From assembly GCA_039586795.1 (NCBI GenBank), contig JBDHJS010000001.1:128001-192000 (forward strand): DNA of 64,000 nucleotides, written 5' to 3'. The DNA comes from Gemmatimonadota bacterium (GTDB taxonomy: Bacteria; Gemmatimonadota; Gemmatimonadetes; Palauibacterales; KS3-K002). The position numbers were made by a program, and so were the translations under genes. Shown here piece after piece: positions 19,161 to 26,468 of this stretch. The stretch's first letter is position 1. Every line of letters starts with the position of its first letter. The notes under the pieces are model-generated. The model did no database searches and was not told where the DNA came from. It saw only the letters and a list, made by a program, of their open reading frames with translations.

Positions 19161-20375
19161 ATGAGACGACGCGACTTCTTGATCGGGGCCGGCGCTGCCG
19201 GCGCCGGTGTGGCTCTGTACGGTCGAATGCCCTTCGGCGCGGCCATGTCGGTGGACGAAGAGACCGACGTACAGGGTATCGACCCTCTACCTTTATCCGC
19301 CTACAAACAGCGAATCGAGCGCGCGGGCTCGCTCATGGCGCAGATGGGATTTGCTGCTCTGTTTTGCGAGCCCTCAACGACATTCAATTACTTGATGGGG
19401 GCTAATTTCGGGCGTAGCGAGCGCCTCATCGCCCTTGTTCTGGCATCTGACGGCGAGCCGATAGTTGTGGCGCCGCAGTTCGAGGTTGAGCGCGTCGAGC
19501 GTAGGGTGAAGTCAGTGTCCGACATCCGTGGATGGGAAGAGGACGAGAGCCCGTTCGCGCTCGTAGCCGACATTCTCTCGGGACAGCGCCCGGGCAAGAT
19601 CGCCGTCGAGCCCAGTGCACGTTTTGGAATGGCGAACCGGCTCCAGGAGGCGATGCCGGACTGGGAGGTTGCGGACGGAACGGCGATGTTCGTGCAACTG
19701 CGTATCGTCAAGTCTGAGCCAGAGCTGGCTTTGATCCGCCGAGCCATCTCGATCACCGAGTCCTCGATCGCCGCAACGTTCGCCGCTCTCGAGCCGCGGC
19801 TCACCGATCGCGAAGTGGCGGGCGTGCTGAGCGGCGAGATGGCCCGACGCGGAGCGCGTGGCGGCGGTCTGGTTCAGTTCGGACCGACCAGCGCCCTGCC
19901 CCACGGTGGCACGGAGGGTCGAGCGCTAGAATCGGGCACTGTGGTTCTCATCGATGCCGGCTGCCGAGTCCACGACTATGCGTCGGACATCACCCGGATG
20001 CACTTCTTCGGCGACGACCCTGACGTCGAATACCGGGAGGTGTTCAACACCGTGTTCTCCGCTCAGAGCGCGGCGTACGAGGCGGGCAAGCCCGGCATGG
20101 GGTGTCAGCAGCTGGATCGGATAGCGAGGAACGTGATAGAGGAGGCGTCATACGGCGAGTATTTCACTCACCGCCTGGGCCACGGCATGGGCATGGACGG
20201 TCACGAGCCGCCCTACCTGGTGGAGGGGAATACCCGCCAACTGGAACCGGGAATGGTGTTCACGATCGAGCCGGGCATCTACCTGCCGGGACGCTGGGGA
20301 GTCCGCATTGAAGACGACTTTGTCGTGCGCGACAACGGACTGGAGGCACTGAGCTCGCGTGTCGCGCCGATATGA
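19161..20375 (+). CDS. Xaa-Pro peptidase (M24) with Tat signal
   Basis: MRRRDFL twin-arginine signal; DAG, SDITR, HRLGHG, HEPP, TIEPGIY and RIEDD. Confidence 0.92.
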   Translation: MRRRDFLIGAGAAGAGVALYGRMPFGAAMSVDEETDVQGIDPLPLSAYKQRIERAGSLMAQMGFAALFCEPSTTFNYLMGANFGRSERLIALVLASDGEPIVVAPQFEVERVERRVKSVSDIRGWEEDESPFALVADILSGQRPGKIAVEPSARFGMANRLQEAMPDWEVADGTAMFVQLRIVKSEPELALIRRAISITESSIAATFAALEPRLTDREVAGVLSGEMARRGARGGGLVQFGPTSALPHGGTEGRALESGTVVLIDAGCRVHDYASDITRMHFFGDDPDVEYREVFNTVFSAQSAAYEAGKPGMGCQQLDRIARNVIEEASYGEYFTHRLGHGMGMDGHEPPYLVEGNTRQLEPGMVFTIEPGIYLPGRWGVRIEDDFVVRDNGLEALSSRVAPI

Positions 20376-20436
20376 CGGTGGGGGATGCTTGACGCGGTGT
20401 AATGGGTTCGAGATATTCGCGCCGCGGCCCTTTTGG

Positions 20437-20492
20437 TAGACGATAGACAGTAGACAGTAGACAGTAGACGGTGGACGGTGGACGGTGGACGG
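20437..20492. repeat. Heptamer tandem repeat, 8 units
   Basis: TAGACGA TAGACAG x3 TAGACGG TGGACGG x3. Confidence 0.9.
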
Positions 20493-20531
20493 TCGTGGCG
20501 GCGGCGGACAAACGGCAAGGATAGGAGTGCG

Positions 20532-20792
20532 ATGAAGTTCGAGGTTTCTACTCATATGTCGCCGGAGAAGGTGCTCGAGCAGGCTGAAGCCTACTACGCC
20601 GAGCATACCGGGATGACAGTTGCCGAGCGGGCAGCGGATCGGCTGGAGCTCACCGGCGCGATTGGCAGCGCAGTCATCAAAGCGTATCGGGATCACGGAC
20701 ACACAACGGTTTACGCCGAAACGAACCGAGGAGTCGGTCTGGACGTCACGGATCAGACGCTTCGGTTCCTGCACCAGATCCCGCACATATAG
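20532..20792 (+). CDS. Small hypothetical protein (86 aa)
   Basis: AGGAG RBS, ATG 20532, globular composition. Confidence 0.75.
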   Translation: MKFEVSTHMSPEKVLEQAEAYYAEHTGMTVAERAADRLELTGAIGSAVIKAYRDHGHTTVYAETNRGVGLDVTDQTLRFLHQIPHI

Positions 20793-20829
20793 CAATCGAA
20801 GCAAACTGCTGAAGGACGTAACTCCAAGA

Positions 20830-21111
20830 ATGGCTGGCGAGATGCTAAAGATAAGAGTGATCGTGCCGGACACGTGGACCGAGAAGAAGGTTGAGCTGCC
20901 GACGGATACGGCGGTGGGCGCGATAAAGGAACAGTTCCTCGCTGAACTCCTCGGAGCCAGCGATGTCGATCCAGGCGACTACTACGTGGAGTATTTCGAG
21001 AAGGAAGTCCTGGATGAGTCGACCACGCTGGCCGATCTCGGGGTGGCAGAGAACGGCGTGATATCCCTCCGCCCTTACGACATGGATCATCCGCCGCCGT
21101 TCAAAGGCTGA
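20830..21111 (+). CDS. Ubiquitin-like (beta-grasp, YukD/EsaB-like) protein
   Basis: LKIRV...KVELPTDTAVGAIKE...EVLDESTTLADLGVAENGVISL parallels the ubiquitin pattern (LEV..SDTI..VK / LED..TLSDY.I...STL.L). Confidence 0.7.
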   Translation: MAGEMLKIRVIVPDTWTEKKVELPTDTAVGAIKEQFLAELLGASDVDPGDYYVEYFEKEVLDESTTLADLGVAENGVISLRPYDMDHPPPFKG

Positions 21112-21204
21112 AGATTCTGGGATTCTGGGTTTACGAGATTCAGGGCGTCTGGGAGCGGGTTCGCGGCTGAACCTGCGGCCAGACCGAATCGCCGAACCCC
21201 CGAT

Positions 21205-21936
21205 TCACCCAGGGCGCTGGCGACGCGAGTGGATCGCTGAGACGACCGGATAGGGCAGCGCTTTCATAACCCAGGCCATCAGGCGCCAGCGCCGCGTCAC
21301 GTAGACGTGGCGTTTCTTCTTCTTTATCGCCCCGAAGATCTGCTCAGCCGCCTTCTCCGGGCTCGCCACCCAGAACATGTCCTTTCGGCCCTGGGTCATC
21401 GGTGTCTCCACAAAGCCGGGCTTGACATCGGTGACGGTCACGTCGACTCCCCGGCCATTCGCCTTGAGGCGTAATGCCTCGAGATAGACGGCGTCAAACG
21501 CCTTCGATCCTGAATAGGCGGCCCGCAGCCCCCTGATTGCCGCTATCGAAGTAATCCCGACGAGGTGGCCTGCGCCCCGTTCGACAAAGTAGTCGAGCGC
21601 CCGGCTGGCCATCGCGGCAAAGCCCTTCACGTTGACCTCAATGATCTCGAGCTCCTCATCCCAGTTCGGGTCGTGGTGGCCGACGCCGGAATTGACCACG
21701 ATGAGCTCGACATCGCCCATCTCCTCGATGAGCTCGACTAGACGGTCACGGGATTCCTGAGCCTGAGTCAGGTCAATAACCTTGACGTAGCTCTCTGTAG
21801 GTAGCTCGCTGGCCAGTTCCTGCATCAGAGGCTTGTTTCGACCGGCCAGTCCCAACTCGTAGCCGTTCTGGGCCAGAACGATTGCCAGGGCCCGTCCGAT
21901 GCCGGTACTGCTACCGATGATGATCGCTTTCTTCAC
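21205..21936 (-). CDS. Short-chain dehydrogenase/reductase
   Basis: GSSTGIG, VNSG, YSGSK and PGFVETPM. Confidence 0.9.
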   Translation of the reverse strand: MKKAIIIGSSTGIGRALAIVLAQNGYELGLAGRNKPLMQELASELPTESYVKVIDLTQAQESRDRLVELIEEMGDVELIVVNSGVGHHDPNWDEELEIIEVNVKGFAAMASRALDYFVERGAGHLVGITSIAAIRGLRAAYSGSKAFDAVYLEALRLKANGRGVDVTVTDVKPGFVETPMTQGRKDMFWVASPEKAAEQIFGAIKKKKRHVYVTRRWRLMAWVMKALPYPVVSAIHSRRQRPG

Positions 21937-21954
21937 TAATATGCCCTTGTTGAA

Positions 21955-22077
21955 TGAGCGTTAGTTGTTGAGTGATCTAAGATTATTGCCTGCTGATCGA
22001 CCTTTGAAATTGGGCTCTCGCAGGCCTGAGCGTCCAGAGGTCAACTTGGGTTCACAATCCTCAACACCTAACGCTCA
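21955..22077. repeat. Inverted 18-bp repeat with heptamer-like periodicity in a divergent intergenic region
   Basis: TGAGCGTTAGTTGTTGAG (21955-21972) vs CTCAACACCTAACGCTCA (22060-22077), one mismatch. Confidence 0.75.
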
Positions 22078-22148
22078 ATCCTCAATCATCACGGTATTGC
22101 ACAGCCCTCTACGCGCGTCCGGGCCCATATGCTAGATTCAACGGCACC

Positions 22149-23594
22149 ATGAACAGCTTTGAAGAGCTCAAGCTCGATTCTGACCTCCTGAAACGACTCG
22201 AGGAGCTTGGCTACCGCCAGCCGACGGCGTTCCAGGAAGAGGCCATCCCGGCGATCGCCCGGGGTACGAGTGGCGTGGGCGTCGCGTCCGCAGGCTGCGG
22301 CAAGACTCTGGCCTACGGACTCGGGCTGGCCGGCCGTCTCGACATAGGAGACCCGGACCCGCAAGTGCTCGTGCTTCGCCCGACGGACGATCAGGCCGTC
22401 GCGACCGCAGACGCCTTACATCGGCTTCTCGACATCCGCGGATTAGAGATCGTCAGCCTCAGCGCCGGGCCGCAGCATGGGGCCCAGCTCGCCGTGGCTA
22501 GTCCCGCTGCCGCTCTGAACGCGCTCCAACACTCCGCGATCAAGTTGAGCGCCGTTCGGTCGCTGGTCGTGGACGGCGCTTCGTCGATGCTCGAACTCGG
22601 TGCGAGTGAGGCCCTGGAAACGCTGACGGCGCAGATCCCGAAGGACGCCCAGCGCGTGCTGCTGACCAGCCGAATGACACCAGAGGTCGAGGGGTGGATC
22701 GATCGGCACGCGCGCCGAGCGCGCCAATTCACCTACGCGCCAGCGGAGCCGAAGCCTCTGGCCGGCGCCGACGTACAATACTGGTCCGCGCCGCGAGACT
22801 TCTGGCTGCCAGCACTCCTGGGTGTCCTGACCGAGATGCACAAAGGCGGTGATCGGGTCGTGAGCATCCACTGCCGTCGACCATCTGAGGCGCTGGATCT
22901 CACAAACCGACTCCGCGTACGCGGGGTCAGCTTCGCCAGCGCACCCGAGGAGCCAGGTATTTGGATCGAGGCCGGCTTTCCCGGCCCCAGTCCGCGGGGT
23001 TCCCTCTCCGTCTCGTGGGGCGTTCCACCAGACTACGTCAGCTTCCACGCCCGTGCAGCTGATTCGGAACGAGCCCTGATCTTCCTGGAGCCTTCTGAGT
23101 TGTCTCACCTGCACCGCTTGGCCGAATTGGCATCAGTGAGGCTGACCGCCCTGCGGTCCGACCCGCCACCGGAGGCGGCCCACTCCGTTCAGCAGACCCG
23201 CGATGAGCTCCGCGAGGCCGTTCGGGAGCGAGATCTGGAGCCCTATATGCTACTCCTGGAGCCACTGCTCGAGGAGTACACGCCTTCGCAGATCGCCGCT
23301 GCCTCCATCGCCTTGCTCCGCGATCGGGCTCCGGTGACACCGGAAGAGCCTCTGCCGGCGTGGACGCGCCTGTACTTCAACGTCGGCCGCCGGGACAACG
23401 TCCGCCCAGGCGACCTGGTAGGCGCGATCACCGGCGAGACCTCAATCGGCGGCGATGCCATTGGCCGTATCGAGATACGAGACAACTACACGTCTGTGGA
23501 GGTAGCGGCTACGGTGGCTGAGAAGGTGATAAAAGGGCTGGCGTCCGCGACGATACGGGGTCGACCCGCTAACGTAAGGCTACTAAGGGAGTAG
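22149..23594 (+). CDS. Degenerate DEAD-box helicase-like protein with C-terminal DbpA RNA-binding domain
   Basis: Q-motif (LGYRQPTAFQ) and GCGKT present; RLYFNVGRRDNVRPGDLVGAI DbpA domain; motifs Ia, Ib, II, III and VI altered. Confidence 0.8.
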   Translation: MNSFEELKLDSDLLKRLEELGYRQPTAFQEEAIPAIARGTSGVGVASAGCGKTLAYGLGLAGRLDIGDPDPQVLVLRPTDDQAVATADALHRLLDIRGLEIVSLSAGPQHGAQLAVASPAAALNALQHSAIKLSAVRSLVVDGASSMLELGASEALETLTAQIPKDAQRVLLTSRMTPEVEGWIDRHARRARQFTYAPAEPKPLAGADVQYWSAPRDFWLPALLGVLTEMHKGGDRVVSIHCRRPSEALDLTNRLRVRGVSFASAPEEPGIWIEAGFPGPSPRGSLSVSWGVPPDYVSFHARAADSERALIFLEPSELSHLHRLAELASVRLTALRSDPPPEAAHSVQQTRDELREAVRERDLEPYMLLLEPLLEEYTPSQIAAASIALLRDRAPVTPEEPLPAWTRLYFNVGRRDNVRPGDLVGAITGETSIGGDAIGRIEIRDNYTSVEVAATVAEKVIKGLASATIRGRPANVRLLRE

Positions 23595-23608
23595 AACTGT
23601 GCGGATCA

Positions 23609-23643
23609 GGGGAAGAAGGCCCCTACACGGACCTCCTTCCCCC
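23609..23643. terminator. Imperfect hairpin between convergent genes
   Basis: GGGGAAGAAGGCCC...GGACCTCCTTCCCC. Confidence 0.4.
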
Positions 23644-23655
23644 GGGTCCTTGGAC

Positions 23656-23943
23656 CTACATGTTGACCCCGTCCTTCAGGCCTTTTCCGGGACGGAAGGC
23701 CGGTGATGTCGACGCAGGAATCTGGATCCGTTCGCCCGTACGCGGGTTGCGACCCATGCGCGCGCCACGCTTCCGGGTCTCAAACGTCCCAAACCCGGTG
23801 ATCTGGACCTTCGCACCCGACCTGAGCGCTCCGGCAATGATGCCGCCCGTAGCGTCAAAGAGTGCGTCCACCGCGCGCCCGGCGTCGGCCTTGCTGAGGT
23901 TTGTCGCGTCAGCAAGCTTGTCGGTAAGTTCGGTCTTGTTCAC
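23656..23943 (-). CDS. hup: HU family DNA-binding protein
   Basis: VNKTEL, GFGTFE, RMGRNPRTG and PAFRPGKGLK; AAGGAG RBS. Confidence 0.95.
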   Translation of the reverse strand: MNKTELTDKLADATNLSKADAGRAVDALFDATGGIIAGALRSGAKVQITGFGTFETRKRGARMGRNPRTGERIQIPASTSPAFRPGKGLKDGVNM

Positions 23944-24001
23944 CACGAAACTCCTTTCAAATAGGTGAATTTTGATCGACGACAAGGGCGAAGTTGGCTC
24001 T

Positions 24002-24031
24002 ACTGTATAGAGTAAACCGCGGATTCGTCAA
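24002..24031 (-). promoter_or_regulatory. Candidate sigma70 promoter of hup
   Basis: Minus strand TTGACG-N18-TACAGT. Confidence 0.5.
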
Positions 24032-24146
24032 GGGAAAAGCTAGGCAACATGCGGATGATCGCCGCTTGGCGCCCGGCAAAGCCGGCGTGAAGGACGGGAC
24101 CTCCAACGCAACGTCGAGTCGTTAACTCACTGTTTCATAATAACTT

Positions 24147-24180
24147 ACGGTGCCCACTCCAGGTTCGGCGTGGGCACCGT
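24147..24180. terminator. Hairpin downstream of the cohesin lipoprotein gene
   Basis: ACGGTGCCCAC...GTGGGCACCGT perfect 11-bp stem. Confidence 0.45.
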
Positions 24181-24266
24181 TTGTATACAACATCACGTTT
24201 TTCGCGGACCGGCTGCCTGAGGCCGGAAATCGCCGAAAACCGGCTTCCAGCGCCGTTTTCAGCCCA

Positions 24267-25397
24267 TCACTGCACCGTGAAACTGCCCAGGAAGGGCCCC
24301 AGTCCGGTCAACGTCCCGCCTTGCGGATCGGAGAGCACGACCGCGTTCGCGGTCAGAGTATGGCCGCCCGTGGCCGCCCCGCCGGCGACGGTCACCCAGA
24401 CATTGACGATCGCCCCCTGCCCTTCTGTTACGGCATCTCCGCCGCTGTCGAACAGAAGGACTCGGACCTGGCCCGCCTGTATCTGGTTGAACGGCGTGCC
24501 ATCCATGCTGGCGGCGCGTCCTGTCACGGTAACCGAGTCCACCGAGGCAATGACCGCGGGATCGAAGAGCATATCGAATTGGACCCCGCTAACGCTGTCG
24601 GCGTTGGCCAGAGCTATGGCGACCGGAATCCCGGTGGCGCCGGCGCTACCGCTGGCGTCTGTGAGGACCAGGCTCGGCGTATCGGCAGTGACCGTGAAGT
24701 TCTGGGTGGCGAGAGTGGAGCTGTTACCCGCCAGGTCACTAACCTGAGCGCTTATCACGTTGCTGCCGGCGCGGAAGATGAGGGTGTCATCAACCGTGGT
24801 GGTCGCCTCACTTCCGGTGACGGCGAACATCGGGAGGAGGCTCGTACCCGCCGTATATACTATCGATGTCGTGCCGTCGCTCCTGTACACACCGCCCACT
24901 TCGAGGCCGCTGGTAATAGACAGCGATGAGCCATCGATACCGCTGCCACCATCGTTGAAAGCGACGGTTATGTCGAATCCCGTCTGACCCGCGGTCGTCG
25001 CTCCTGCCAGCGGTTGGTTGATCGAGATGGCCGGCGGTGTCCCGTCATGGAGCACCTGCTGCGTCTCGCTGGCCTGATTGCCGGCGGCGTCGCGAGCGCT
25101 GACGCGGACCTGGTTCGATTGGTCGGCAGCCAGCGTGACCCGCACCGAGAAGCCGCCACTGTTGGTGGCCGTTCCGGTCGCCGTGTCCACCGGAGTCTCG
25201 ACGGTGACCGATGCTCCGGGGTCCGTCGTACCGGTGACGTTCGGCATGAGCTGGTTCGTCGGGCTGGTCACCTGATCTACGGTGAGCGAGATCGTTGTAT
25301 CGCCTGGCCCGGAGGGGCTGGTGCTGCATGCGATCGTGATCCCCGCCACGACTAGGGCGACTAGGATGAACAGAACGGCCTGACGGTGCGCTGCCAT
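24267..25397 (-). CDS. Lipoprotein with Ig-like domains and C-terminal cohesin-like domain
   Basis: Lipobox ITIAC; DAAGN/DLAGN bacterial Ig motifs; IPVAIAL..ADSVSGVQFDMLFDP cohesin pattern. Confidence 0.75.
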   Translation of the reverse strand: MAAHRQAVLFILVALVVAGITIACSTSPSGPGDTTISLTVDQVTSPTNQLMPNVTGTTDPGASVTVETPVDTATGTATNSGGFSVRVTLAADQSNQVRVSARDAAGNQASETQQVLHDGTPPAISINQPLAGATTAGQTGFDITVAFNDGGSGIDGSSLSITSGLEVGGVYRSDGTTSIVYTAGTSLLPMFAVTGSEATTTVDDTLIFRAGSNVISAQVSDLAGNSSTLATQNFTVTADTPSLVLTDASGSAGATGIPVAIALANADSVSGVQFDMLFDPAVIASVDSVTVTGRAASMDGTPFNQIQAGQVRVLLFDSGGDAVTEGQGAIVNVWVTVAGGAATGGHTLTANAVVLSDPQGGTLTGLGPFLGSFTVQ

Positions 25398-25483
25398 TGG
25401 CTTCCCTCCTGAGGCTACCGTCGCTCTTGAGCGACGGGGCCGTGGGCGATGACGGTCAAACGATCGTCGAGTCTAACCTCATG

Positions 25484-26452
25484 TTACAGCCGCGCCGCGA
25501 GAGATATGTGCGTCTCGTCACCCAACTGGTTGACGCCCAACTCGCGCGCGATGTCGAAACGGAATCGGCCGAGGGCAAGTCCAACGCCCACGGTACCGCC
25601 CGTGTTAGTGTCGATTAGCGTTTCCGCGATGTAGCCGCCGCGCAGAAACAGAATCCCGGCAGCTCCGAACTCGGCGCCAAAGAACTGACTCCCCGCCGAC
25701 AGGTCGCGAAGTGCGTGCTCGAGGTCGACCGCCAGCAACAGACTGAAGCGTCCTTCGGGCTGCAGGTGGCTGAGCACGTCATAGCTGGCGCCCAGTCGCA
25801 GCCTACCGGGTAGTGGGCTGGGCTCGGCGCCATCGATGCTGAGTCCCCGGCCGACGTTGAGTACGCTGGCGCCGATGTCCAGGGGCAGACTGACCGCCGG
25901 CCGCCACAGCAAGCCAGCGTCGAAAGCGAAGGTGTCCCCGGTCAGGTCGCCGCTGAGCTCACTACGCACCCACTTTGCCGTGAGGCCGATTCCGAAACGC
26001 GGTAGAATCTGGCGGCCGTACGAGAGGCCGAGCACGAGATTGCTCGGCGTGATAGTGCCCAGAGGCACGTCTGGCGAACTCGACAGCGTGATCTCGCCGA
26101 AGCTCTGCACGTTGGCGGAAACAGCGAAGACACCCGCTGACCCTACCGGCACGGCGACGGCAAGGTTGTTGAACCTGAAATCGAGCGGCCCGTCGTAATG
26201 CGATGCGAGCGGCTCGAAGTAGTCGATCGTCCCGAGCGTCGCCGGGTTCCAGGGCACGCCCTGCAACTCACCGCGGATCGAGGCCGCAGCTCGCCCGATG
26301 CCCACCATGCGGGCACCCATCGGGGCCGTGAGGAACGCAACTTCGTCCTCGAATCCCTGAGCACCGACGGCGTCCGGCAGGCCCAGACCAGCCAGCAGCA
26401 GGGCCGCGCAGATCGAGCGTCGTCGGAGGGTAGCTGCGCTCACGAGCCGCAT
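25484..26452 (-). CDS. PorV/PorQ (UPF0164)-family outer-membrane beta-barrel
   Basis: Signal peptide; FL..P.GAR..G.G.A...WNPA.L family motif; alternating beta-strands; LRGGY. Confidence 0.8.
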   Translation of the reverse strand: MRLVSAATLRRRSICAALLLAGLGLPDAVGAQGFEDEVAFLTAPMGARMVGIGRAAASIRGELQGVPWNPATLGTIDYFEPLASHYDGPLDFRFNNLAVAVPVGSAGVFAVSANVQSFGEITLSSSPDVPLGTITPSNLVLGLSYGRQILPRFGIGLTAKWVRSELSGDLTGDTFAFDAGLLWRPAVSLPLDIGASVLNVGRGLSIDGAEPSPLPGRLRLGASYDVLSHLQPEGRFSLLLAVDLEHALRDLSAGSQFFGAEFGAAGILFLRGGYIAETLIDTNTGGTVGVGLALGRFRFDIARELGVNQLGDETHISLAARL

Positions 26453-26468
26453 CGTTCGTTCGTCTGCC

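Noticed and set aside
20437..20492. Possible CRISPR array
   Set aside because: The 7-bp units are contiguous with no spacers, and there are no cas genes.
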